Source of the DNA: Candidatus Rokuibacteriota bacterium
Lineage (GTDB): Bacteria; Methylomirabilota; Methylomirabilia; Rokubacteriales; CSP1-6
Direction: 5' to 3'
Assembly: GCA_003220685.1 (NCBI GenBank)
Contig: QHTE01000048.1
Location: 95,029 to 159,028, forward strand
Length of the DNA stretch: 64,000 bases
This document shows, piece after piece, positions 54,619 to 63,695 of this stretch (the stretch's first letter is position 1; each line of letters opens with the position of its first letter). The translations under genes and the position numbers were made by a program. Under the pieces are notes generated by a model. It had not been told where the DNA came from. It did not search any database and worked only from the letters and a program-made list of their open reading frames with translations.

Positions 54619-55137
54619 TTATCGGCCGCCTGGGCGCGAGGTCACGTGCCCGCAGCGACTACACGTACGATTCGCCTCCGAGCCGTAGAACTCCTCGTAG
54701 GCGCGCGACACCGGGTCCTCGCGATAGTCGGCGACCTGCTTGACGCTCTGGTGCAGCTGTGCGCCGCACTGGTCGCAGTACCAGGTGAAGCGATCGCTCT
54801 CGCCGGCCCGCCGCTTGCGCTCGAGCACGAGCACGAACGCGTCGGGCGAGAAGCGCGGCGAGTGCGGCGTCCCCGCGGGGCAATAGACGATCTGGCCCTC
54901 TTTGATCACCGCGATCTTCTCGTCGCCCTCCGGCGTCCGGTAGTGGAGGTCCATGTCGCCCTTGATCATGTACATGACCTCGTCGCTCGGATCGCTGTGG
55001 AACTCGCTGCGAAACTCGCGGCCCCGCGCGACGAACGCGATGCTGTCGGGCGCCTGCCACAGGACCGTGTTGGGGCGGCCCGAGGCGCGGATCGTGCTCA
55101 TGACCTGACCCAGGTCGACCGCTTTCATCTCATCCAT
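54619..55137 (-). CDS. 3-hydroxyanthranilate 3,4-dioxygenase-like cupin with a C-terminal CxxC...CxxC site
   Basis: 172 aa. AAGGAG RBS inside the end of the upstream gene. 'EFHSDPSDEVMYMIKGDMDL', 'PAGTPHSP', 'WYCDQCG' and 'CSRCGH' match bacterial HAAO as I remember it. Confidence 0.8.
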   Translation of the reverse strand: MDEMKAVDLGQVMSTIRASGRPNTVLWQAPDSIAFVARGREFRSEFHSDPSDEVMYMIKGDMDLHYRTPEGDEKIAVIKEGQIVYCPAGTPHSPRFSPDAFVLVLERKRRAGESDRFTWYCDQCGAQLHQSVKQVADYREDPVSRAYEEFYGSEANRTCSRCGHVTSRPGGR

Positions 55138-55139
55138 GA

Positions 55140-56693
55140 CTACTCCTTGGTCACGTTCTCGACCCTCAGGTCGAAACCACTCGGGTGGAGCCGGAAGCCC
55201 TTCACGCTCGCGCGCGTGGCAACCACCTGGACCTCGTGGTCGACGAAGACCATGGGCGCGTCCTCGACGATCAGCCGCTGCGCCCGGCGATAGAGCTCGA
55301 CGCGCCGGGCGCGCTCGCCGGTCTGACGGGCCTGCACAAGGAGCTGGTCGACCTCGGGATTGTTGTAGTTCGACCGGTTCGGCAGCGGCGTGTTCTTCGA
55401 GTAGAAGAGCGGGTACATCGAGAGATCGGGGTCCTCCGACTTCAGGAACCAGGAGAGCACGAACAGCGCCGGCGCCTCGGCGCGCACCTTGCCGAGGTAC
55501 GAGCCCCACTCGAACGTCTTCAGCTGCGCCTTCACGCCCACGGCCGCCAGGTTCGCCTGGATCACCGTCGCCATCTCGACCGGCGCCTGCATCCCGGAGC
55601 CGGACTCCGGCACCCACAGGTCCGTCTCGAGGCCGTTGGGATAGCCGGCCTCGGCCAGGAGCTTTCGCGCGGCGGCGGCATCGTAGGGGTACTTGCGCAC
55701 GTCCGGCTCGAACGCCCACGTGCCCGGGAGCAGCGGGCCGATCGCGGGGATCCCCGTGCCCTTGAGGATGTCGCGGGTGATCGCCTCGCGGTTCACGGCG
55801 TGGCTGAAGGCCTGGCGCACGCGGCGGTCGGTGAACGGCTTCTTGTCGACGTTGAACCCCACGTACCACACGGTGAGCCCCGTCGCCTTGTGCACCGTGA
55901 CGCCCGAGTGTTTCTCGAGCCGCGCGACGAAGTCGGGCGGGATCGGCAGGATCAGATCGACGCCGCCCGTCAGCAGCTCGGCCACGCGCGCGTTGGCCTC
56001 GGCGAGGCCGCGGTAGACCAGGGTCTGCGGCTTGCCCTTCGCGCCCCAGTAGTCGTCGTTGCGGCGCAGCACGAGGCGGCTGCCGCGCTCCCAGGACTCG
56101 ATCTTGTAGCGGCCGCTGCCGACGGGCCTGGCGTCGAAGTCGGCCGGCGACTTCGCGAAGGCCGTCGGGCTCACGATCGCGCAGTTCGGCAGCGCGAGCA
56201 GCGCCAGCAGGGAGCCCGTCGGATACTTCAGCTGCAGCTGCACCGTCTGAGGATCGAGCACCTCGACCGCCTTCACGCTCGCGAGGTAGCCGGTGACGAA
56301 CGTCCACTTGCCGCTCTTGGCGTGCGGGTGCGAGGGATCGATGACGCGGTCGAAGGTGAACTTGACGGCCGAGGCGTCGAGCGGCGTCCCGTCGTGGAAG
56401 CGGACGCCGCGGCGCAGCTTGAACGTCCACGCCAGCCCATCGGCCGAGGTGGTCCATGACTCCGCGAGGCCGGGGACGATGTCAGTGCTGTCGGCGGCGG
56501 TGGCAACGAGCGTCTCGAAGATCTCGGCGGTCACGCGCAGGGTGTGGATACCGAGCGCCTGACCAGGATCGAGCCCCGGCGGCTCGGCCTCCATGCCGAC
56601 CACGAGCACGTCGCGCGGCGTCTGCGCCGGGATCGGGGTCGCGAGCAGCACGCTGGCCAGCATGGCTGCGGCGAACGGAGCGAATCGCGGCAT
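55140..56693 (-). CDS. ABC transporter substrate-binding protein, family 5 (orphan; no adjacent permease or ATPase)
   Basis: Start at MPRFAPFAAAMLASVLL (signal peptide). 'WTFKLRRGVRFHDGTPLDASAVKFTFDR' is the family-5 signature. Confidence 0.9.
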   Translation of the reverse strand: MPRFAPFAAAMLASVLLATPIPAQTPRDVLVVGMEAEPPGLDPGQALGIHTLRVTAEIFETLVATAADSTDIVPGLAESWTTSADGLAWTFKLRRGVRFHDGTPLDASAVKFTFDRVIDPSHPHAKSGKWTFVTGYLASVKAVEVLDPQTVQLQLKYPTGSLLALLALPNCAIVSPTAFAKSPADFDARPVGSGRYKIESWERGSRLVLRRNDDYWGAKGKPQTLVYRGLAEANARVAELLTGGVDLILPIPPDFVARLEKHSGVTVHKATGLTVWYVGFNVDKKPFTDRRVRQAFSHAVNREAITRDILKGTGIPAIGPLLPGTWAFEPDVRKYPYDAAAARKLLAEAGYPNGLETDLWVPESGSGMQAPVEMATVIQANLAAVGVKAQLKTFEWGSYLGKVRAEAPALFVLSWFLKSEDPDLSMYPLFYSKNTPLPNRSNYNNPEVDQLLVQARQTGERARRVELYRRAQRLIVEDAPMVFVDHEVQVVATRASVKGFRLHPSGFDLRVENVTKE

Positions 56694-56728
56694 GGGACCC
56701 TTATAGCTCCCGCGTGCGCGTGGCGCAA

Positions 56729-57376
56729 TCATCGCCGTCGCAGCTGCCGCAGCTCACCGAGGGTCATGGCCGGAATGGTCACGCCGTTGCTGGCCATCCA
56801 TCCGGCCATCGACTGGCTGTTCGGCCAGGGCACGGTCTTCGTCATGATCCAGTCGCCCTCGACGACGTGCTCCCGTCCGAGCACGCGAAACGCGAACGAG
56901 TCGGGGGTGATTCGCTTGGCGGACAGGTCGAATTGCGCTCGGTCCTCCTCCACCTTGCGCATGTCCCACGCCGGGGGGATCGCGCCCACGCCGTCCGGGA
57001 AGCCCTTGGCCATCAAGCTCAGCACGAGGATCATGACGTGCGCGACTCGAGCCTGGTACTTGACGCGAAACGCTTCGGCGTCCTGAGCGCCGTGGACGCC
57101 GAAGAACAGGAACGTGGAGTCGGGCTGGGTCAGGTGCAGGATCTTTCGCGCTCGGGTGGCGGAGAGGTCCTCGAACAAGACTTCGTTATTCGTGAAGACC
57201 GAAAAGTTGTAGGTCCCCGTCGCGTCCTCGCGGACCGCCCTCGTCACCCGCATCTTGACCTGCCCCATGCAGCCCAGATCGGAGCAGCCCTTCCAGGTGA
57301 CGAGCGGCGACTGGGCCTCGAGGGATACCGGGAGCGCGAGCAGGCACCCGAGGGCAACGAGAGTTCTCGGCCGCAC
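56729..57376 (-). CDS. secreted hypothetical protein
   Basis: 215 aa from GTG 57376. Signal peptide 'VRPRTLVALGCLLALPVSLEAQ'. I recognise no family. The codon pattern is consistent with coding. Confidence 0.55.
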   Translation of the reverse strand: MRPRTLVALGCLLALPVSLEAQSPLVTWKGCSDLGCMGQVKMRVTRAVREDATGTYNFSVFTNNEVLFEDLSATRARKILHLTQPDSTFLFFGVHGAQDAEAFRVKYQARVAHVMILVLSLMAKGFPDGVGAIPPAWDMRKVEEDRAQFDLSAKRITPDSFAFRVLGREHVVEGDWIMTKTVPWPNSQSMAGWMASNGVTIPAMTLGELRQLRRR

Positions 57377-57389
57377 GCCCGCACCGCGC

Positions 57390-58052
57390 TTACTTGGTCG
57401 CGAAGCAGTAGAAGAGGCCGTTGCCTCCCGTGCTCTTGAGATCGTTCTGGCTACAGCCGCCGTCGGGCCCGCGCGAGGGATGCGACGAGTTCCAGGACTT
57501 CGACGCGTCGTCGTCGCGCAGCCCCTGTCGATCGTGATGGCCGACCATCGCCGCGCCCTGGCCGCTCTTCGTCCAGTTGCCGCAGGTGCGGTCCTCGCCC
57601 GCCGCAAACGCGGTGCCGTCCGGCTGGGAGCCCGTCAGGATGTCGTGCATGTTCGGCGTGTCGCCGCGCCCGTTGACCGTCTCGCCCTTCTCGGTCAGCG
57701 CCGTCTGCTTGTTGATGTTGTTGTTGCCGTGCAGCTCGGCCAGGTCCTTGGCGACGATGATGCCCTTGGCGTTCTTCCATGGGCCGCTACCGATCCGGTC
57801 GTGCGCGTTGACCGCGCCGGGGCCCTGCGTGCTCAGATACGCCTTCCAGGTCTTGGCGCCGGCGCCCGCCGTCGCGCCGAGCAGCTGGCAGAGCTGGTCG
57901 GCACCCACGAGGCCGCCGAGGTTCCCGCCCTTGCCGGGGCCAGCGCTGGTGATGAAGAAGCCAATCTCGGACTGCTGCGCCTGGCCGGTGCTGCCGCCGA
58001 GCGAGAGCAGCGCCGCCGACACGCCAACCGACAGCCAAATTCTCGGGCTCAT
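57390..58052 (-). CDS. secreted Gly/Cys-containing hypothetical protein (possibly DUF1554/lectin-like)
   Basis: 220 aa with a signal peptide. 'FFITSAGPGKGGNLGGLVGADQLCQ' and the C-terminal 'GLFYCFA' recur in secreted proteins of unknown function (from memory, weak). Confidence 0.6.
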   Translation of the reverse strand: MSPRIWLSVGVSAALLSLGGSTGQAQQSEIGFFITSAGPGKGGNLGGLVGADQLCQLLGATAGAGAKTWKAYLSTQGPGAVNAHDRIGSGPWKNAKGIIVAKDLAELHGNNNINKQTALTEKGETVNGRGDTPNMHDILTGSQPDGTAFAAGEDRTCGNWTKSGQGAAMVGHHDRQGLRDDDASKSWNSSHPSRGPDGGCSQNDLKSTGGNGLFYCFATK

Positions 58053-58081
58053 TCGGGTCTCCTTGTAGGGTCGTCGCGCGG

Positions 58082-58549
58082 TCAGGCCGTCGCGCCGGCG
58101 CGCCGCGCTTCGCGCAGGCCCGCGAGGATCGCCTCGCGGTCGAGGCTCATCTCCATCAGCGCGACCTGCGCCTCGTACACGTCCGCCGGCACCTGGTCGC
58201 GTACTTCCGGCTCGAACACGTGAAACACGGGGAGCCCCAACGGGACTCCGGCCAACGGGCCCGCGTAGGAGGGATCGCCGGCGACGACGGTCTGGGCGAG
58301 CGTCTGCGTGCTCTCGGCATCGGGCGTGCCGAGAAGGACCACCACGCCATTGCCGTGCTCGTCAGCGACTCGCTTCACCGCCGCCTGATCCTCCAGGCCC
58401 ATGGCGCCCGCCGCGGTTCAGACGTAGCAGGCGGTCAGGGTCAGCACCACCTCGGCGCCCGCGCGACTGGCGCACTCCGCCACCGCGGGGCCCGGCACGC
58501 CGTCGCGCTCACCGAGCGCGATGACCTTCTTGCCTCGAAGTTCCATCAT
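58082..58549 (-). CDS. grdA: glycine/sarcosine/betaine reductase complex selenoprotein A (UGA-Sec at 58418-58420)
   Basis: ORFs 58418..58669 and 58082..58402 are in frame. The joined product '[80 protein letters not shown]' matches GrdA, including the CxxU motif. AAAGGAG RBS. 155 aa. Confidence 0.85.
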
Positions 58550-58712
58550 GTGGCTCCTTTCTAATGGGGGACCCGCGAGGGGTCCCCCATACCCCTCCAC
58601 GCTCGCCAGCGCCCCGGCGGAGCCGTGGCGCTGGGCCTTTCTAGATGGGGGACCTAGACGGGTCCCCATACCCCTCCACGCTCGCCAGCGCCCCGGCGGA
58701 GCCGTGGCGCTG
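58550..58712 (-). repeat. tandem direct repeat (84 + 79 nt) of a two-hairpin element between grdC and grdA
   Basis: Units are 58550-58633 and 58634-58712, with a ~49-nt core that looks identical on reading. Each unit has the hairpin CAGCGCC-N13-GGCGCTG plus a second hairpin: ATGGGGGACCC-CTCGC-GGGTCCCCCAT (perfect 11 bp) in the grdA-proximal unit, bulged in the other. Each unit ends in TAGAAAGG. Confidence 0.8.
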
Positions 58713-58730
58713 CTCGACCACCGGCGGAGG

Positions 58731-60203
58731 TCACGTGCTGCCGGCGTTGCGCTCCAGGACGAGGGAGAGCCCGTCCGGCAGCTGCGTCATGCGTCCCAGG
58801 AACAGACTACCCTTGCCCGCGAACATCGTGCGCGTGAGGCGGCCCTCGGTGAGCGCGCGTCGCGCGTGACCGAGATACGGGATCGCCGAGGCGATGTGGC
58901 CCTGGGTCGGCGAGAAGCCCGGCATGCCCCGCGCGCGGACGAAGTCGTCGATGCTCTCGCGCGCGATCAGCTTCTCGACCACGGCCAGGCTCGCCAGGGT
59001 GCGGTAGTTGTTGAGCGGGACGTTGCCGCTCCCCGCGGGCTCGGTCGCCTCGGGGTTGTGTAGCTCGAGCGAGAACCGGTCCACGTCGAGCAACGTCAGT
59101 CCCACGCGGCCGAGCGGCTCGCTGTAGAGCGCCTTCATGACCGCGAGCGGCGCCGAGCCCGAGGCGACCTCGTGGCGGCCGATCGCGTCGAGCCGCAAGG
59201 TGGGCGAGACGCCGTCGTCGCGCGAGACGTGCGCGGCGAAGCCGGCGAGCACGTCCTCGACGATTGGCATCGCGTGCTTGACGTGCCCCTGGAATTTCAT
59301 CCCGAGCTTCGCCAGCGAGCCACCCGCCAGGACGACCACGTCGTCGTGCAGGCCGCTGCGGACCAGGGCCCCGGCCAGCATCAACGCGTGCATCGGCCCG
59401 CTGCAGAACGCCTTGACATCGCTGCCGGTCGCGCGGCCGCAGCCTGCCCATTCGGCCACCGCCTTGGCGACGTTGCCGCCGCCGCGCTGGTAGCGATCGC
59501 CCACCGCCTCCTCGCCGCAATTGATGACGTAGCGGACGTCGGCGGACGCGATCGCCCCGGGTCGCGCGAGCAGGTGACGCAGCGCCAGCGCCGCCGTTGC
59601 CTTGCACGCGAGATTCTCCAGCAACACCTGGCCGGTGAGCGTGTCGTCCTCGTCGTGCCCGGGCAGCATGGCGCCGAGGAGCCGGCCGTCCGCGCCTACG
59701 ATTCGCAGCGCGCGGTGCCGCTCGACGCGCTCCTCGAGCACGGCCGCGGTGACGCCGGGCGGTACGGTCGGGCTGCCGGCGGCGCGACCGATGACCGGGT
59801 GCGCGTCGAGCGCGCTTCGCGCGCGGTCGGCCAGCTCGCGGTCGAGCCCGAGCAGCTGGAAGCCGTCGCAGGCGGCCAACAAGCCGAAAAACTCGTCCTC
59901 GGGCATGATCTCGCCGTCGGGACCGAAGCGCGCCGCCCTCTCGATCGGATGACGATGCCAGGGAGTCGGCCGCGCCGCGAGCTCGTCCACCCCCATGTTG
60001 CCGATGAACACCTGGTTCGGCGCGTAGGCCTGCGCGACGTCCCAGGCGCGCAGATGCGGTCGCAGGAAGTCGATCGGGTCGTGCACCTCGCGCAGGACCC
60101 GCAACGGCTTGGAGCCGAGCCGGACGAGGCTCGGCACGTGCGCGAGCACGAGCGAGACCGCGCGAATGACGGGCATCCCGTCCGACGTCACGCGAGGCAT
60201 CAT
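58731..60203 (-). CDS. grdC: glycine/sarcosine/betaine reductase complex component C, beta subunit-like (thiolase-like fold)
   Basis: About 490 aa. '[24 protein letters not shown]' resembles the GrdC N-terminus as I remember it. '[15 protein letters not shown]' is a thiolase-like Cys region. ATGATG at 60198-60203 overlaps the araC stop; ATG 60176 is an alternative start. Confidence 0.8.
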   Translation of the reverse strand: MMPRVTSDGMPVIRAVSLVLAHVPSLVRLGSKPLRVLREVHDPIDFLRPHLRAWDVAQAYAPNQVFIGNMGVDELAARPTPWHRHPIERAARFGPDGEIMPEDEFFGLLAACDGFQLLGLDRELADRARSALDAHPVIGRAAGSPTVPPGVTAAVLEERVERHRALRIVGADGRLLGAMLPGHDEDDTLTGQVLLENLACKATAALALRHLLARPGAIASADVRYVINCGEEAVGDRYQRGGGNVAKAVAEWAGCGRATGSDVKAFCSGPMHALMLAGALVRSGLHDDVVVLAGGSLAKLGMKFQGHVKHAMPIVEDVLAGFAAHVSRDDGVSPTLRLDAIGRHEVASGSAPLAVMKALYSEPLGRVGLTLLDVDRFSLELHNPEATEPAGSGNVPLNNYRTLASLAVVEKLIARESIDDFVRARGMPGFSPTQGHIASAIPYLGHARRALTEGRLTRTMFAGKGSLFLGRMTQLPDGLSLVLERNAGST

Positions 60204-60976
60204 ACCCTCTGGCTGGCTCGCAGCGCACGATAGCGCGCGGGTGTCAGCCCGAAGGCGGACTTGAACGCGCGGGTGAAATGCGCCTGATCGGCGAAGCCGG
60301 CGTCGCACGCCACCTCGACCAGGGCCCGCCGCCGGTGGATCAGCTCCCGCGCCAGGTCGAGCCGCCGCATGAGCAGATACCGGTACGGGCTTGTGCCGAA
60401 CATCATCCGGAACTGGCGGGCCAGATCGTAGCGGGTCAGTCCCGTAACGGACTCCAGCTCCGCCGAACGCACGACCCGAGTTCTCTCGGCGTCGAGGAAG
60501 CGGCGAGCGCGCTCGAGGGCGGCGGCATCGACGCGCCGCGAGGCTCGGGATGGCTGTCCCCCGCGTTCGGCGGCGAGCAGGCCTTCGGCCAGATCGACGA
60601 CGAGGCCGTCCACCGCCAGGGGCTCCGTCGGGAGTCGGAAGGTGGCGTCAATGGCGTGGGCCAACCTCGCGCTCGTCGACACCGGATCGCCCACGAACGG
60701 CAGCGGGCAGGCGCGGCCGCGGAGCGTTCGCAGCGCTTCGGCGAGCTGCGAGGGCTCCACGTAGACGATCCGATAGCCGAACCCCTCGGCGGTGCCGGCG
60801 CGGCCGTCGTGGGCCTCGTCCGGGTACAGCACGGCGACCTGGCCCGGCAGGCACGCCCGCGCCGCGCCCCGATAGTCGAAGACCTGGACGCCGCTGTCGG
60901 TCAGGCCGATCGCGTAGGTATCGTGACGATGCTTCTCGTATGCCCGGCCGGCGAACCACGCGCGGAACAGCTCCAC
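60200..60976 (-). CDS. AraC family transcriptional regulator (AraC_N-like sensor plus HTH_18)
   Basis: C-terminal 'LTRYDLARQFRMMFGTSPYRYLLMRRLDLAR..L....VACDAGFADQAHFTRAFK' is the AraC HTH. N-terminal 'GVELFRAWFAGRAYEKHRHDTYAIG'. Start placed at GTG 60976; GTG 61075 is possible. Upstream ORF-track residues are junk. Confidence 0.8.
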   Translation of the reverse strand: MELFRAWFAGRAYEKHRHDTYAIGLTDSGVQVFDYRGAARACLPGQVAVLYPDEAHDGRAGTAEGFGYRIVYVEPSQLAEALRTLRGRACPLPFVGDPVSTSARLAHAIDATFRLPTEPLAVDGLVVDLAEGLLAAERGGQPSRASRRVDAAALERARRFLDAERTRVVRSAELESVTGLTRYDLARQFRMMFGTSPYRYLLMRRLDLARELIHRRRALVEVACDAGFADQAHFTRAFKSAFGLTPARYRALRASQRV

Positions 60977-61064
60977 GCCCTCGGCCGGCCTGGCGCTGGC
61001 GATCCAGCCGCCGATCGGGTCCCCGCAAGATCGTTCAAGACCCGCGCCGCCCGATCTGGTCTCC

Positions 61065-61685
61065 TTGGTAGGCACTGGAGACAAGAGTACGACTACGGAG
61101 CAACTCGTCGCGTTCCTTCTCTTCGCGGTGGTGGCCGCGGTCACGCCCGGCCCCAGCAACATCATGGTGACGGCCGCCGGGGCGAACGCCGGCCTCCTCA
61201 AAGGGCTTCCGTGCCTCTTGGGTGTCGCGACCGGCATGGGGCTCATGATGTTTCTGGTGCCGCTGGGGCTGGGGAGCGTCGTCCTCGGCCATCCCCTCGT
61301 GCTGAAGACGCTCAACTGGGGCGGCGCGGCGTTCCTGCTCTGGCTCGCGTGGAGGATCGCGACCTCGATCGGTCTCGAAACGACTCGAGAGCCCCAGCCC
61401 GTCGGCTATTTCAAGGCTGCGGCTTTTCAGTGGGTGAACCCGAAAGCGTGGCTCGTGAGCGCGAGCGCGGCGGGAACGTTTCTCAGCGCGGGGGCGGGGA
61501 GCCCGGTCGTGCAGTCCGTCTATCTCGGCGGGCTGTTCTTCCTCGCGGCGCTGCCGAGCTGCTTCGTGTGGCTGGCGTTCGGCGCCACGGTCCAGCGCAT
61601 GCTCCGGAGCCCGCGCCGGCTCCGGGCGTTCAACGTCGCGATGGGGGTGCTCCTCGCCGTCTCGATCGTCCTCATCGCCGCGTAG
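61065..61685 (+). CDS. LysE/RhtB family amino-acid exporter
   Basis: 206 aa from TTG. 'LLFAVVAAVTPGPSNI' is the LysE N-terminal motif, with about 6 TM segments. Divergent from araC. Confidence 0.8.
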   Translation: MVGTGDKSTTTEQLVAFLLFAVVAAVTPGPSNIMVTAAGANAGLLKGLPCLLGVATGMGLMMFLVPLGLGSVVLGHPLVLKTLNWGGAAFLLWLAWRIATSIGLETTREPQPVGYFKAAAFQWVNPKAWLVSASAAGTFLSAGAGSPVVQSVYLGGLFFLAALPSCFVWLAFGATVQRMLRSPRRLRAFNVAMGVLLAVSIVLIAA

Positions 61686-62379
61686 ACTCGCGGCCCCCCT
61701 CGCGAGTCTCCACCGGGCTCTGACCGGCGCTCGTCGCCGTCTCGGGCGCCAGCGGAATGACACCGCCCGGCTCGCCGGCCAGGATCCAGTCGATGAGCAG
61801 GCGATAGCGGTCCGTCGGCACGGCGCCAACCAGCGAGAGCTTCTCGTTGAGGACGACCGTCGGCAGGCCGGACACGCCGAACCACGCGGCACCCTCGGCG
61901 CAGTCCCGCAGCACGGCCTCGTACGCCTCGCCGGCGTAGTCGGCCTCGAAGCGCGCCGGATCGAGCGCGGTCTCGCGGAGAAGGGTGCGCAGCACCTCGG
62001 GGCGCGAGATGTCGAGGTTGTCGCGAAAATGCGCGGTGAAGAGGCGCTCGTGAAACCGTTCGAACGCGGCTTCGCCCTGGAGCTCGGCGCACTTGGCGGC
62101 TGTCAGCGCCGGGACGCTCGAGGACGGCAGCGGGGTGTCGATCGCCGGCGGGACGAAGAACGCGCGCGGCTCCTCGGCGCCGACGCGCTGCCGGCCCTCG
62201 CGCGTCTTCTGCGTGACGCGCCGGTCAGGCTGCTCGCCGGGAATCAGCGGGAAGGTCCGCCAGTGGAGCCTGACGCGCTCGCCGTAGGCCCGCTGGATCT
62301 CGCGAAGCCGCACCGCGGCGTTGTAGCACCAGGGGCACAGGTAGTCGGAGAAGACGTCGAGCCGGACGGGTGCCGTCAT
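61672..62379 (-). CDS. DsbA/FrnE-like thioredoxin-fold oxidoreductase (CPWC active site)
   Basis: 235 aa. 'LDVFSDYLCPWCYNA' N-terminal motif. The ATG overlaps the grdB stop (ATGA at 62376-62379). Confidence 0.8.
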   Translation of the reverse strand: MTAPVRLDVFSDYLCPWCYNAAVRLREIQRAYGERVRLHWRTFPLIPGEQPDRRVTQKTREGRQRVGAEEPRAFFVPPAIDTPLPSSSVPALTAAKCAELQGEAAFERFHERLFTAHFRDNLDISRPEVLRTLLRETALDPARFEADYAGEAYEAVLRDCAEGAAWFGVSGLPTVVLNEKLSLVGAVPTDRYRLLIDWILAGEPGGVIPLAPETATSAGQSPVETREGGRESTRR

Positions 62380-63695
62380 TCGCGCCCGAACACCGTGGGT
62401 TTCGCGACCTCGGTCCGGAGCGCTTGCAGCGCCTGCTCGACGATGCGCCGCCGCAGCGCCTTCTCGTCCTCGGGCGAGAGGTCCGCGCTGCCGAGCGGAT
62501 GGATGATGCCCGCGGCGGACACGATGCGATTGGCGCCGACCATTACCGCGACCGGCGTCATGGTCGAGACCTGCACCGTCGGCAGCCCCGCCCGCTCGAG
62601 CTCTCGCGTGATCGCTGCGCCGCAGCGAGTGCTGGTGCCTCAGGTGGAGGTGAGGATGACGGCGTCGACGCCGGCCGCGCGCAGCTTTTCCGCGATCTCG
62701 CGGCCCATGCGCGCGCTCTGGGCGAGCGTGGTCGCGACGCCGACCGTTGAGTAGATGGTTTCATGCAGCTTGCCGATGGCGCCGCTCTGCTCCAGCTCGC
62801 GGGCGACGTCGACCGGGACCAGACGGTGCGGATCCTGCTTCACCCAGGTCGTGTCGTAGCCGCGATGAGGATTGTCGTACTGGGCCGCGTCGAGGCTCGA
62901 CTTGCCCTCGATGCTGTAGGCGCCGTAGCGCGTCGCGTTCAGCGCCTCGATGCCGTCGGGGTTGCCGCGCGGGACCAGGCCGCCGTCGGTGACGAGCGCG
63001 ATCGTCGCGCCGGCGAGCGTCTTGACGAGCCGCGGCGCGGCGACGGGCGGAAACGCCGGTCTCGGGACCTCGGTCGTGAAGGCGCGGCCGGCCAGCTTGT
63101 CGAGCAGCATCGCGACGGCGCGGTCGGCGGCGTTGGCGCCGGCGACGATATTGCGCGTCACACCGCGGGCGAAATATCCGTGAGCTGCCGGGGCGCCGAT
63201 CGCCTCGCCGCGGGCGAGCTTCAGCCCGAGCGCGACGAGCCGCTGCACTTCCGGGAGCATGCGCGTGGCCTCCGCGCCGGTCTGGACGACGTAGACCTGA
63301 CGGCGGTAGAGCTCGACGCCGGGATTCTCGGCGTGCATGCCGGTGACGGTCGGAATCTTCAGCTCGGCCTGCGCGGCGGCGCAGAGCGCGCCGCACGCGA
63401 CGCCGTAGCGGCCCGCCAGGAACGCGGGCCCCGCGACCAGCAAATCGGGGCGCGCCGCGGCGACCAGCGCGACCAGCTCGGTGGTCGCGCGCTCGGCCTG
63501 CTCGGCGGCGTAGTTGTCGCCACAGATCACCGTCGCGACGACCGTGCCCGCGTCGCCGAGCGCCTGCTGAACGGCCCGCGCGGCGCCGATGGCGCCGTCG
63601 ACCACCTGCGGCCCGACGCCGGCTTTGTCCTCGCCGCCGAGCTGGCCGAAGAACTGGTTGAGGTAGCAGACAACCCGCAAGGTCTCAGCTGCCAT
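62376..63695 (-). CDS. grdB: glycine/sarcosine/betaine reductase selenoprotein B-type subunit (UGA-Sec at 62640-62642)
   Basis: ORFs 62640..63698 and 62376..62576 are in frame with no intervening stop. 'LRVVCYLNQFFGQLGGEDKAG' at the N-terminus and '..AVILTST-U-GTSTRCGA..' match GrdB. About 439 aa. ATG 63695 overlaps the upstream stop (TGATG); GTG 63698 is an alternative. Confidence 0.85.
62612..62628 (-). promoter_or_regulatory. candidate SECIS-like stem-loop downstream of the grdB UGA
   Basis: Sense strand TCGCTGC-GGC-GCAGCGA (7-bp stem) begins 12 nt 3' of the UGA at 62640-62642. Not modelled energetically. Confidence 0.3.

Noticed and set aside
58418-58669. 40-aa N-terminal extension of GrdA from ATG 58669 (in frame, inside repeat unit 1)
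   Set aside because: GrdA homologs start at the M-x-L-x-GKKV region. The extension is just the translated tandem repeat. The ATG sits 3 nt from its only SD-like sequence, whereas ATGATG at 58544-58549 has a proper AAAGGAG RBS.
58550-58712. Tandem repeat as a CRISPR array or a tandem glycine riboswitch
   Set aside because: There are only two directly abutting units with no spacers, so it is not a CRISPR array. I could not find the conserved glycine-riboswitch core elements as I remember them (the GGAGAG...ACCGAAGGGGCAA-type motifs). Only the tandem layout and the glycine-related context are suggestive.
60977-61315. Long N-terminal extension of the AraC ORF (371 aa)
   Set aside because: The extension is antisense to lysE and low-complexity. 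AraC_N-like homology begins around 'GVELFRAWF'. The start is placed at GTG 60976, with GTG 61075 as the only other reasonable option.
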